Shown: positions 20,950 through 31,186 of the stretch, in pieces | Numbering within the stretch: position 1 is the first letter of the stretch | How the letters are laid out: the number at the start of each line of letters is the position of its first letter | Notes under the pieces: generated by a model | Seen by the model: only the letters and a program-made list of their open reading frames with translations | Told to the model about the DNA's origin: nothing | Database searches by the model: none | Source of the DNA: Nannocystales bacterium | Lineage (GTDB): Bacteria; Myxococcota_A; Polyangia; Nannocystales; Nannocystaceae | DNA: 64,000 nt | Reading direction: 5' to 3' | Assembly (NCBI GenBank): GCA_050633305.1 | Contig: JBOEGF010000040.1 | Span: 1 to 64,000, forward strand | Translations under genes and position numbers: made by a program

Positions 20950-23871
20950 GTGTCTAGCTCCTCACCATCGGACGAAGAAACCGAAGACGGCTGCGACCCA
21001 GGGGCTGACGGGCTCGATGCCGCCGTGCGACTCGCGCGGATCCGCCAGCGTATGTTCGCTCGCCTGGAGCCGGCTCGGATCGCGCAGTACCACGTGATGC
21101 GGCGCATTGGCGGCGGTGCGATGGGGCTGGTGTTTGCCGCTTGGGATCCCTCCCTCGACCGGGCCGTCGCGATCAAAGTGCTCCGCGACTCGGACGGCGG
21201 GGATGGCGGGCAGTTGCGGATCGAAGCGCAGGCCCTCGCGCGGCTGGGCCATCCCAATGTGGTGACGGTGTTCGAGGTGGGCGACCACGACGGGCGGCTG
21301 TACCTCGCGATGGAATACGTCGAGGGGCAGACACTGCACGCGTGGATCTCCGAATGGAGGGCAGCCCGCCGCCGGGACTGGGCCGCGTTGCGCGAGGTGT
21401 TCGTTCAGATCGCAAAGGGTCTGGCAGCGGCACACTCGGCAGGTGTCGTGCACCGCGACGTCAAACCGGAGAACATCATGATCGACGCCGAGCAGCGCGT
21501 ACGGGTGATGGACTTCGGGCTGGCCCGTCATCGTCCGCCTGCACGTGATGATGCGGCAGCGCTGGATACGGCGGACTCCAACGGCGACGTCGCGTCCACG
21601 CTGACGCGCGTGTGCGGCACTCCGGCCTACATGGCGCCGGAGCAGCTCGAGGGGCGTCCGGCGACAGTGGCCGCAGACCAGTTCGCCTTGGGGGCGACGC
21701 TGTTCGAAGCTGTGTACGGCCGCAGGATTCGGTCGGGGCCGCTGGCGGTATTGGCAGCATCGGCGATGGATCCCATCGAGGTGCCCGCGTCGCGAGGCGT
21801 GCCGCGGGCGCTGCGGGGGATGCTGACGCGCCTGCTGGCAACCGAGTCCGAGCAGCGGTTCGGCTCAATGGACGAGGTCGTGGCCGAGCTGTCGCGGCAG
21901 AGTCGGCGCGGCGCGAACCGGTGGACCGGGGGAGCGATTGCGATGGTGCTCGGCGCGGGTGGGCTTGCCGCGGGATGGGCCATGGGCGCGCCCGAGGACC
22001 AGCGGTGCACGGGCGCAGGGGAGCAACTCGCTGGTGTTTGGGACGAGGCGACCGCGACCGAGGTTGGGCAGGCGATGCTGGCCGAGCCGACGGGTCTCGG
22101 CGCCTCGACATGGGCTTGGATCGGCCCCGAGCTCGATGCGTATCGGGATGCGTGGATCGCCGAGTATCAGGAGACCTGTCAGGCCACCCACGTGCGGCGC
22201 GAGCTTCCGCTGCCCGAGATGGAGCGGCGCGTGGCGTGTTTGTACGACCGCCGCCGTCACCTCGCCGTCGCGGTCGATCTTCTCAGGGGTGCGGGCCCGC
22301 GGACCCTTGCCCGCGCAGACGGCATTGTCGCTGCGCTGCCCAGCACCACCGCGTGTGCGGACCCGGACTACGCGGCGAGCGAGCGCTTTCCGGGGACCGA
22401 CGACGAGCCGGCGCAGCGGCGCGCGGAGGCGATTGTGGCTGCGCGCGCCCGCTTCATGATCTCGGAGACGACCGAAGCCCACGCGGAGGTCCAGGCCGCG
22501 CTCGAGGACGCGCGGGAGGCCGGCGACGGCGTGGCCGAGGCCCGGGCGCTCCTGTTGCTGGGGCGGATCACCGCCAACTTGCTGCGTTTCGACGAGGCAC
22601 GCACGCACCTGGTCGCCGCGTATGAGGGCGCGCGACGGCACGAACTTCCCGTCGTCGCCGCGGGTGCTGCCCTGACGCTTTCCAAGCTCACCACGCGCGC
22701 GCTGGGGCGCATCGAGGAGGGACGGGTTTGGCAGTCGCTCATCGCACTGGAGTGGCCAGCGACGGGCAATGTTCGGCGTACGATGCTGCGGGCGTTGGCC
22801 CGTGCGATGGTCGAGCGCACCGCCGGTGATTCGGAGGCTGCGTTGCGGGCCGCCACCGAGGCAGTGGCCCTCGCGTCGAAGTTAGGGCCGGAGCACCGGC
22901 TGGTGGTCGCTCAGGTGCGACGGGCCTTGGCCCGCCTCTACTTGAGCATGGGTCGGCTCGAGCCGGGTGCCGCTCTCGCGGAGCAGGCGATCACGGACCT
23001 GGAGGCGTTCGTGGGCGTCGGCCACCCGGCCACGGCGAGTGCCTTGGCCACGGTCGCGCTGGCTCGGCGACACCACGGAGATATGGAGGGGGCGGTGCGA
23101 GCGAGTCGGGCCGAGTTGGTGGCGACCGAGCGCGGGCTCGGAGAGGACCACAAGCCGCTCGTACCAGGGCTCGAAGCATTGGCGAGCGCGCTGGCCCAGA
23201 CTGGTGCGGTCGAGGAGGCGTTGGAAGCCTTGGACAAGGCTGACCGTCTGCTCGAAGACGGAGGCAGCCTTCTCACCCGGGCGCGAATCGTTTCGCGTCG
23301 CGGCATGATTCTCGCGGATCGGTCGCCCTCGGAGGCCGCCGATGCGCAGCGTCGTGCGTACGACTGGGCACGCGAGGCGATCGGTGACGACAAGCGCGAG
23401 ACGCTCCTGTTCCGGGTCTCGCTGGCCGTGGCGTTGCGTCGCGCGGGCAAGGAAGACGAAGCGGTCCCATTGCTACGAGGGGCCCTCGAACAGCTCGAAG
23501 GTGCGCTGGGCGACGACGAGCACGCCGACATCGCGGACATCCACGGCATTCTTGGCAGCGACGCGCTGCGGCGTGATGACTACGACGCGGCGGTCAAGCA
23601 CTTTGGGCGCGCTCTGGAGATCTGGGGCGACGAGGCGGGCAGTTCGTACGCCCGTGCGCCCCTGCACATCGGGGCGTGCTCTGCCGAGACGAAAGCCGGG
23701 CGCCCGGAGGCTGCACTTGCGCATTGCGAGGCCGCGCAGGTCTTGGTGGCACGGAGCCGAGGGATCGCTGACGGTACGCCCGAGCGGATGCACGAGGCGT
23801 TCGCACTGACGCTGGCTGCCCTGGGGAAGACGGCCGAGGCCGAGCGACATCGCCGTCTCGCGCAGCCGTGA
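20950..23871 (+). CDS. Ser/Thr protein kinase with TM segment and TPR repeats
   Basis: GGGAMGLV, VAIK, HRDVKPEN, DFG, GTPAYMAPE; paralogous architecture to 11643-14459. Confidence 0.95.
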   Translation: MSSSSPSDEETEDGCDPGADGLDAAVRLARIRQRMFARLEPARIAQYHVMRRIGGGAMGLVFAAWDPSLDRAVAIKVLRDSDGGDGGQLRIEAQALARLGHPNVVTVFEVGDHDGRLYLAMEYVEGQTLHAWISEWRAARRRDWAALREVFVQIAKGLAAAHSAGVVHRDVKPENIMIDAEQRVRVMDFGLARHRPPARDDAAALDTADSNGDVASTLTRVCGTPAYMAPEQLEGRPATVAADQFALGATLFEAVYGRRIRSGPLAVLAASAMDPIEVPASRGVPRALRGMLTRLLATESEQRFGSMDEVVAELSRQSRRGANRWTGGAIAMVLGAGGLAAGWAMGAPEDQRCTGAGEQLAGVWDEATATEVGQAMLAEPTGLGASTWAWIGPELDAYRDAWIAEYQETCQATHVRRELPLPEMERRVACLYDRRRHLAVAVDLLRGAGPRTLARADGIVAALPSTTACADPDYAASERFPGTDDEPAQRRAEAIVAARARFMISETTEAHAEVQAALEDAREAGDGVAEARALLLLGRITANLLRFDEARTHLVAAYEGARRHELPVVAAGAALTLSKLTTRALGRIEEGRVWQSLIALEWPATGNVRRTMLRALARAMVERTAGDSEAALRAATEAVALASKLGPEHRLVVAQVRRALARLYLSMGRLEPGAALAEQAITDLEAFVGVGHPATASALATVALARRHHGDMEGAVRASRAELVATERGLGEDHKPLVPGLEALASALAQTGAVEEALEALDKADRLLEDGGSLLTRARIVSRRGMILADRSPSEAADAQRRAYDWAREAIGDDKRETLLFRVSLAVALRRAGKEDEAVPLLRGALEQLEGALGDDEHADIADIHGILGSDALRRDDYDAAVKHFGRALEIWGDEAGSSYARAPLHIGACSAETKAGRPEAALAHCEAAQVLVARSRGIADGTPERMHEAFALTLAALGKTAEAERHRRLAQP

Positions 23872-23887
23872 GGACTTTGTGACGCCG

Positions 23888-23907
23888 CTCTAGCTCTAGA
23901 GCTAGAG
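23888..23907. repeat. Perfect 20-bp palindrome at the upstream end of the IS91/ISCR element
   Basis: CTCTAGCTCTAGAGCTAGAG is its own reverse complement. Confidence 0.85.
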
Positions 23908-23920
23908 GTCCTGGCCGACG

Positions 23921-25474
23921 ATGCGCAGGCCGGCCCACGCCGTGGGCCACGGGGCCAGCGGAGCGCCGTGCAACCTCCGGAAAATGCGGCGCTGCACGAG
24001 CGGCCCGGCGCGCGCATCAGCAGCGCCGTGCAGTGGCCAGTTGTCATGGGCAGCTGCGGTACGTTCAGCGGACACCACCCAGGGGAGCGACGCTCTCGCC
24101 GTCGTTCGCGAGCACTGGCCCGCCTTCCGGGAGCAGCTCGAGGAACGTGTGGGCTCGCTGCCAGGATTCGTGCGCAACGAGCTCGAAGCGTTCATCACCT
24201 GCGGAGACTTCAAGTACGGATTTCTGGTGGCTCAGTGCCGTCGTTGCGGGGACAGCTTGCGCGTTCCCTCCGCGTGCAAGAGCCGAGGCATCTGTCCCTA
24301 GTGCATGGGTCGGCGCATGGCCGAGACCGCGGCGCTGCTGGTTGAGCATCGCTTGCCCGAGGTCCCGTGGCGTCAGTGGGTGCTGAGCTTCGAGGGGCCG
24401 ATGGCGGTGCGGCTGGGCTACGACCGGGGGCTGCTCGGGCGGGTGTGTCAGCGGTTTGCGAAGCGGGTGATGCAGACGCTTCGGGGCCGGACCAAGTGCG
24501 CGCACGGGTTGCGTAGCAGCGGCAAGCTGCACCCCGGAGTGCTCATCGTGGTGCAGCGGTTCCGCAGTGACCTGCGCTTGTACGTCCATCTGCACGCCCT
24601 GGTCACCGACGGCTGCTTCGAGGCGCCGGCAAAGGCAGACGAGGCAGTGATGTTCAGGCCCGCCGCAAGCCTGTGCGAGCAGGACCTGCTGCGGACCCTG
24701 CAGCGCTTGCACGGCGAACTCGCCGAGCACCTCGAGGATGGTGACAGTGAGCCTGTGGGCGAGGCGCTCGCGGCCTGCGTCCAGCTCGCGCTGCCGGCGC
24801 GTACAGTGGGACCCTTGCCGTGCGAATCACGACCGGCTTCGCCGATGCTCGTGCGCGGCTTCGGGATGCAGCTGCACGCGGCCGTCACTGTAGACGGCCG
24901 AGACCGCAAGCGCCTGGAGCGAGTCTGCCGCTATCTCCTGAGGCCGCCCTTCGCCCTCGATGCCGTCCAGCGCACCGCCGACGGACAGGTCCGCGTGCAC
25001 TTCAAGAAACCCAACCGCTTCGGGGCGACCTATGCCCAGATGAGCCCGCACACTTTCCTGGCCCGGCTGCGTGCCCTCGTGCCCCCGCCGAGGGCGCACA
25101 CGGTTCTGTACTACGGCGTCCTGTCGGGTCACCACGCGCTGCGCTCGGCGGTGGTGCCTTGGGCTGAGGAACCTGCGCCCGAGCCCAAGCAGCTCGCGAT
25201 GTTTGTGCCTCGCGGGGCCATCGAGCTCCCGGGCACCACAACCTTGCTCGAGACTCAGCTGCGTGATGCTGCTCCGTCTCGGCTGTCGTGGATGACACTG
25301 CTGGCCCGCGTGTTTCGCATCGACATCTCCGTGTGCGCCCGCTGTAGCGGGCCCATGCGGGTCACTCGGGCCTTCACCACGCCCGAGGACATCGCGGCCG
25401 AGCTTCATGGTGCTCGGCCGCCGCCGCGTGGGCCTCTGCCCGGACAACTCGTACTGTTCTCGGCTCTGCCGTGA
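23921..25474 (+). mobile_element. IS91/ISCR-family rolling-circle transposase, interrupted by one in-frame TAG (24299-24301)
   Basis: Zn-binding CG..GF...C..C...CK.RG.CP*C, RQWVLS, HLHAL (HUH), LERVCRYLLRPP, YYGVL, C..C.GPM; ORFs 23921-24301 and 24305-25474 are in the same frame. Confidence 0.9.
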
Positions 25475-25699
25475 ACGTTCTGGGCTGTGCGCCACGATGC
25501 GCGCCGGTTCGCCCCGGGCTCGTCTCGGCGTGCCTGGATTTTGGCCTCCGTCGCTCCGCGCTGCGCTTCGGGCCCGCCTTTCGCCCACGATGCCTTCGCG
25601 TTCCCAGGCTCAGCCCCAATCCACACCCGGCCGCAGGCCCCCTGCGGAACGACCGCGCTCGCTGGCGGCCCGCCGTACTCCGCAGCCCCTGCTTTTCCC

Positions 25700-25746
25700 A
25701 CTTCATTTCGCTTAGACGCGCGCGCGGAGGCGAGACGAAATGAAGT
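25700..25746. repeat. 11-bp inverted repeat downstream of the transposase (candidate oriIS region)
   Basis: ACTTCATTTCG (25700-25710) ... CGAAATGAAGT (25736-25746); left arm recurs at 49191 and 50281. Confidence 0.7.
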
Positions 25747-26086
25747 CGGAGGACAGGGACGGCTCGGGTCGCGGGCTGGCGGCAGGGTTCGCAACGGTGT
25801 CGAGACACCCCAACTATGGCGCTGCCCGGGCTTCGTCCTCGCCGTGGCTAGACATCAGCTCGCGGACTTTTCGCTCTGAGTCAACGCCCATCGGATCATA
25901 TCCGGGATGGACGCAGCGACGCAGCAGCCCCCGCATCGCGGAGAACGGCACAAGCGGGTTCCACGAAGGCTAGGACGTCCGCCACCGCTGCACGGCGCTT
26001 GGCACAGCAGGGAAGCGGACAAGGTCCGGACGACCCCTCGGCACTCGAGGCGAGGCGTTTCGTCGCGGGAGACTCCCACTGATTAG

Positions 26087-27580
26087 TCAAGTATCGCTCG
26101 TGTCATCTACCTGGCGAACCGGCGGCAAGTCCGACGTGAGCCAAGCGCGGAGCGCGTCCGCAACCTGCTCAGCCTGAAAATATTTGGTGTGAGCAACTCC
26201 CAGCTGCGCGTCGAGTCGCTTCGCTCTTTCGCCGTGGATCCCGGGAAAGCCCGGACCGGCGGCCTCGAAGCAGCCTTGTGTGGGCACGACGAGGTCATTC
26301 TGTGAACCTGAGAAGACTCCCTCCATGATTCGGGTCTTTGCCCAATCCGCGAGCGCAGGCTGGGTCGGTCGAAAATCTGAAGCGATGGCGCACAGCTGAA
26401 CAGACTCGGGGACTTCCGTTTCGTTCATCCTTCGCAAGAAGTCACCTTGTGGGTCCATCGAAACCAAGCCGGGAAGCTTCACTGCAGCGCCGCTGGCAAC
26501 TTCCTTCACGATCTCGAGAATGGGCTCAAGGGCGTCCGTGAATCCGTTGTCCGGTAGCCAGGACAGCAGATTGATGAACACATCAAGAAGCGAGGACAGG
26601 TGATCGAAGTCTGCCAGACGTGTGCCGTGATGCGGGGTTCCGACAAACACAATCTGCTTTACGGCCGCGACTGGCGGGCTGTCGGGGAGTCCCCCCGCGA
26701 TGCCGCGGGCGACCAACCCTCCACGAGAATGGCAGACGATATCAAGAACTGCACCGTCGACGAGTCGCTCCCGCAGCCACTCCACGTTCTGCGCTGGATC
26801 ATGGCTTAGTGTTGGGTGGTCGAAAGCGAATACCTTGCCCTCGTACCTCTCGTGAAGCTCGACGAGCAGTTCGTGAGGGAGGTCGCCGAATGCGCTGTCT
26901 GCACGGCTGAAGGTCCCGTGGACGAACAGCAGGGCACGTTTGTTCTGGAGCGACGCAAGGAAATGCTCGTCGAGCTCTGCTCCCGTGTTGCGGTAGTCGT
27001 CCGGTCGGAAAGTCCGAAGTCGGTAGCCGCGTTTGTGGTCTTCCCAAGCCGCAACAGCCTTTAGGCCGACCATGCCGGCTACTCGCTTCAACAGCTTCGC
27101 GGCGAAGACTCGAATGACCTTCCGCCCGAGGGCACCTGCCCATCCTCGACTTCCGTCTGACGTTGCGCCTGGCGGGAGAGCGACGGATCCGCTCATGCGG
27201 TAGGTGTTTCGACCTCCCTGTGCCTTTGGGAAGCACCAGCGTATGATCCCCCCCTCGTCGGTAACGATTGCGAACTGGGCCCATTCCGCAGGCGCCGGCT
27301 CGACCTCCAATTCGATTGTGGGCTCGTCTGTCTGTCCTGATCTGTCGCCGCCGATTCCGCCCCCGGGGACCTCGCGAGACTGATCGATCTCGACGTGGTG
27401 AATTGCTTCGACGTCAAGGCCTCGAAGAGCTTCTTCGAGTCGTCGTTGGACCGGGTCGGCAGCTCGCAGACTTTCGGCCGCTGCCATTACTCTCTCTGCC
27501 CGACCCATGAGGCCACGGGTCCGCAAGCTAACTCCGTCTCCCAGGTCGACCGGGCTCCCATTCGGATCAAGATATTTCAT
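26087..27580 (-). CDS. Alpha/beta hydrolase (PGAP1/lipase-like) with N-terminal extension
   Basis: LLFVHGTFS, FDHPTLS, CHSRGG nucleophile, GTPHHGT, NDLVVP, HTKYF; no signal peptide. Confidence 0.88.
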   Translation of the reverse strand: MKYLDPNGSPVDLGDGVSLRTRGLMGRAERVMAAAESLRAADPVQRRLEEALRGLDVEAIHHVEIDQSREVPGGGIGGDRSGQTDEPTIELEVEPAPAEWAQFAIVTDEGGIIRWCFPKAQGGRNTYRMSGSVALPPGATSDGSRGWAGALGRKVIRVFAAKLLKRVAGMVGLKAVAAWEDHKRGYRLRTFRPDDYRNTGAELDEHFLASLQNKRALLFVHGTFSRADSAFGDLPHELLVELHERYEGKVFAFDHPTLSHDPAQNVEWLRERLVDGAVLDIVCHSRGGLVARGIAGGLPDSPPVAAVKQIVFVGTPHHGTRLADFDHLSSLLDVFINLLSWLPDNGFTDALEPILEIVKEVASGAAVKLPGLVSMDPQGDFLRRMNETEVPESVQLCAIASDFRPTQPALADWAKTRIMEGVFSGSQNDLVVPTQGCFEAAGPGFPGIHGERAKRLDAQLGVAHTKYFQAEQVADALRAWLTSDLPPVRQVDDTSDT

Positions 27581-27587
27581 TTCGTTC

Positions 27588-29651
27588 CTACTTGAATCTC
27601 ACATTCGGGTCGCCGAACAGCTGATAGGCGAGGTGAGTCGTGTGGGGTTGGTCGCTGAAAGCACGCCGAACGTTGCGAAGTGCGGCGCCGGCTGTGAGCC
27701 CTTTCGTGACCCCAGCATAAAAGTGAAGAGCCACCTCCTTCGCAATGCCGTCGTTGACCTTCCAAAGAGGAGCGACGACGGCAGACGCTCCGGCGACAAG
27801 CATTGCGCCTGGGAGTCCCGTGAACAGAGATAGCGTCGGCTCCGAGACTCCGGCTTCGCATGCGTTCAGAAAAACGAACGGTTTCGAGGTGAACCTAAGG
27901 CCTCGGACCGACAGGGGGCGTAGCGTTTCCTTGTCACCGAGTATCAAGCCGCCCTCGCCCCCGCCGTACTGACCGTGGAGCGCGAAGTGGACGACCTCCG
28001 GGACAGACTGGCCGTTGAACGCTTTGACGACGTTGGCGTAGTTTGATTGCTGCATCGACGCTTGGTAGAGGGTCGCGAGCGCGTCGGCTTCTTCCTGTGC
28101 TTCCGGAAGAGCGCGCCATCTCGCTCCTTCGTACTTGCCCAAGAACACCGTCATCGGCGTCTGACGGCACTCAGACGGGGGGGGCGTCGTCGGCCGTTGC
28201 CTTGCGAGAGTCCACCGGCCGACTTCATATTGGGCGCCGAGGAACGGCGGCGCGTTCGGGTCGCGAAGCTCATCGACATCGATCAGTGCGAGTTCCCAAG
28301 GAACGGCGGGCTCGTCTGTGAGGATCTGGACCGATGGCACCCTGTCGGCCCGGGGTGGCAGCGCTCCCAGGATCTTCCACAACAAGACTGGAGCGACGTC
28401 TCGGATATGGTCGCCGACCCCGCGCATTGTGTCTCGCGTCTCCTCGGGCGTGAGGTCTGGGACGAGTCGCAGGAGGTCAAGCACGAACTTGCGGGGAGGG
28501 GCGGGTAATAGCTCCACCAAAGGTGCCTCAGGCACGAGCTCTCGCACAGTCTGGTGCGGGCTACGGAAGTTCCATTGTAGCGCGTCGCCCTGCGATACAA
28601 TCTCGATCGTCAGATCGGGCGCCCCACTAGGCTCAGCCAAGGTAACCCGACCCGGGGACTCTTCGTCCGATTGGGGAGCCTTGTGATCTCCCCCGACCCC
28701 AATGAACCGCATAGCAAATCCGATGGTCCGGCCGCCATGCGCGTATGTCACAGCGATCTTCCGAATTCCGCTAGCCTCGGCGGTGAGGTGCAGAACTTTC
28801 CGCGGAAAGTCCGCACCCTCTGGAGTGACTTCGAGTTCTTGAGTCCACGACTCGCCAGCCCTCAGCGAGAAACCGTGGGCGGAAACGGTTGCCGTGAGCT
28901 TGAGCGTGTCGTTGAACAGCCGCAGCGGCGAGCCAGCAACACCTGGCGTCGGAAACGCTGACAGGCCAAGCGTGAGGACGAACTCTTCTCCAATCTGCGT
29001 TTCATCTGGTGCGTCGAGCAGCCCGTAGGCGGTTCGGTGCCCAGAGTTCTGACTGCTCTTTGGAGTGCTGTTCGGTGCGGGCCGTGCTGAATCAACGACG
29101 TAATAGGCAGGTTCGCCTCCCCTGAGGAGCAGACCTTTGAAGTCTGGAGGGAGGGGGTCAACATCTATCTCTGCCGATAGGAGCGCACGGCTTTCACGCA
29201 GGTCGACAGCGGAGAGAAGCGATTGGTCTGGGGTGATCGTGCGAGCAACTTCATCGGCTGGCGCAAGGTCTATGTCTGGCGGGCTCGTGGTGCGGTTGCC
29301 GTCGCTCGAACCTTGTTGGCCCTTGCCGTTCTTCCGTCTCCTTCGCCCCTTCTTCGCGAGAAGCCTCTTCTCAAGGTTCTTTCTGTCGAATGCGAACCAC
29401 AACCAGCCCAACTCATTGTGCCATCTCTGAACCAGGACTAGTGAGTTTTTCGGGTGGTGTTTGAGGGCCTTGAGTACGTCACTGACGCTCCAGTCCGCGT
29501 CGATTACTGCGGCGGGGCGTCGCCAGCGGGCCTGCGGTGTCTGTTCTTGAGTCGCGCGCATTTCCTGTGTCGCAAGTTGCTGGCCGCGCGGCGAGTGTCC
29601 GCGCTTGCGCCTGTGGCGGCCGGATGGAGTCGCCCGGGAAAGATCGAACAC
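27588..29651 (-). CDS. CHAT (caspase-like) domain protein
   Basis: VPWEL, LP.AQEEA, VHFALHG (His), FLNACEAG (Cys), APLWKVND, AYQLFGDP. Confidence 0.92.
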   Translation of the reverse strand: MFDLSRATPSGRHRRKRGHSPRGQQLATQEMRATQEQTPQARWRRPAAVIDADWSVSDVLKALKHHPKNSLVLVQRWHNELGWLWFAFDRKNLEKRLLAKKGRRRRKNGKGQQGSSDGNRTTSPPDIDLAPADEVARTITPDQSLLSAVDLRESRALLSAEIDVDPLPPDFKGLLLRGGEPAYYVVDSARPAPNSTPKSSQNSGHRTAYGLLDAPDETQIGEEFVLTLGLSAFPTPGVAGSPLRLFNDTLKLTATVSAHGFSLRAGESWTQELEVTPEGADFPRKVLHLTAEASGIRKIAVTYAHGGRTIGFAMRFIGVGGDHKAPQSDEESPGRVTLAEPSGAPDLTIEIVSQGDALQWNFRSPHQTVRELVPEAPLVELLPAPPRKFVLDLLRLVPDLTPEETRDTMRGVGDHIRDVAPVLLWKILGALPPRADRVPSVQILTDEPAVPWELALIDVDELRDPNAPPFLGAQYEVGRWTLARQRPTTPPPSECRQTPMTVFLGKYEGARWRALPEAQEEADALATLYQASMQQSNYANVVKAFNGQSVPEVVHFALHGQYGGGEGGLILGDKETLRPLSVRGLRFTSKPFVFLNACEAGVSEPTLSLFTGLPGAMLVAGASAVVAPLWKVNDGIAKEVALHFYAGVTKGLTAGAALRNVRRAFSDQPHTTHLAYQLFGDPNVRFK

Positions 29652-29769
29652 GGTCTGAGTCTGTTGAGGCGCCGAGTCTGCCGCGGTGAGACCATGTTGA
29701 AGCCACTATCTGAGCTATTTTCGTTGTAGTCGTGAAACCGCGTAGGAAGCAAGGAAAGAAGACGCTTCG

Positions 29770-30200
29770 GGTCGGAAAGGTTCCGCCAGCTACACGTAGT
29801 TACGCTTGAAGGCCTTCACCAACGCCTCGGCCACACCGTTCGATTCGCTCGAACAGGCGGGCGTGTTGCGCGGCTTCAGGTTGCACTCCGAAGGCGAACA
29901 GGCGCGAGTTATTCGCGACGTCCGGCGGCCCGTCGTCGGTGTGCCACTTGATCGGACTGGTGGCCTTCGGTCCGCCAGAGGATGCCTCGACGCTTAGCGC
30001 GAGCACGTCGCGGAAATCTGATCCGTCGAGATGGCTGTTTGCTCCGACCCCGGCCAATGGCGTCGCGGTCGCGGCAGTCGAGCCTGAAGGCCGTGCACCT
30101 TCTCGCTGTTCCAACAAACGAACCTCGAACAGATCGCAGCATGTCGCGGGCAAGCGTGATGATCGTGCCTCGATGGCCCCTCTCCGGCTCGGGCCGAACT
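29770..30200 (-). pseudogene. IS3-family (IS2-like) DDE transposase remnant
   Basis: Frameshifted pieces LDCRDRDAI, PIKWHTDDG, ESNGVAEALVKAFKRNYV resemble the IS2 OrfB integrase core. Confidence 0.75.
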
Positions 30201-30876
30201 TCGGAAGCTGCACGCCAGAAAGGAGGCGGTGTCCCGTTCAAGCGGGGCCTACATCAGTTAGGCTCATTTTAGTCTCCCTCATATCGGCAAAACGAGTCCG
30301 TCTCGTGGCGACGTGCCGAGCCACGACACCGTGCTGGCAGGCGTGTCGCCGATCTAGCAGCGTCGCTGGATTCTCCCGCCGAAAGAGTGACCGGCGGGCC
30401 GGTTCTGAGGGGCCTTCGCACAAAGACTACGTGATTCGCAACGTGATCTGCAGCGAGCCTTGACCCCTCAGCCACTGCTACTGCGCAGAAAAACTCGTTC
30501 GCTCGCGGCTTCGCGCCCGGCGTCGGTCTCCAGCTTTTCGTTCTTGTGCGCTCCCTGCGCTTCACGAACGGTGGAGAGCTGGCCGAAGTCGGCAACGGTT
30601 CGGGCCCACCCTTTCCCTTCTCGGGACTCAAGAGGTCGCTCGCGAAGACGAATTCGCAGTTGACCATCCGATATGACCGCCTACGCTGTGCGATAGTGTC
30701 CTACTCCCGCCGAAATACTTTTTTGCAAAAAACGGTAGCGCAAAGAACAAAAAAGGACTCGAAACCTCTTTCGAGCAGCTGCATACTCAGCTAGTCAGGC
30801 ACCGAGCTACTTATTTGGTTCAGCCGAACTTTTCCGCCAGCCTGACCACCTCAGGCTTACAGAGACTAAGACCAAG

Positions 30877-31158
30877 ATGCCCACGGACGACATGGAGATG
30901 GGGCCCGGAACCCTCGAAGTCCGCCTGTTCGGGACCTCGAACCAGCTCCGAAGGATTGTCGCCTTCGTCGAGGAAAGAGGGGGCGCCTCAGACGTGCGCC
31001 TTCGGCGAGACAAGACTGGCTTTGTCGGCCGAGTGTACACGATAAGGCGCGGGCGCGAACTCGCGCGCCTACTGCGGCGCGTATTCGCGACGGACGTGCG
31101 TCGGGCCACCGTAAAGCCTCCTGCAATGCCCTCGTCGTTGCGCAGCGCGACGGGCTAG
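30877..31158 (+). CDS. Small hypothetical protein
   Basis: 93-aa ORF behind an AT-rich promoter-like stretch; no recognised motif. Confidence 0.4.
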   Translation: MPTDDMEMGPGTLEVRLFGTSNQLRRIVAFVEERGGASDVRLRRDKTGFVGRVYTIRRGRELARLLRRVFATDVRRATVKPPAMPSSLRSATG

Positions 31159-31186
31159 TCAAGGCCTTGAATACTGGCCAGTGACC

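Noticed and set aside
24299..24301. Pyrrolysine or amber recoding
   Set aside because: TAG ends many normal genes in this window; a single TCG to TAG change explains it.
30269..30667. 132-aa ORF as a real gene
   Set aside because: No motif and poor codon bias; adjoins the IS3 remnant.
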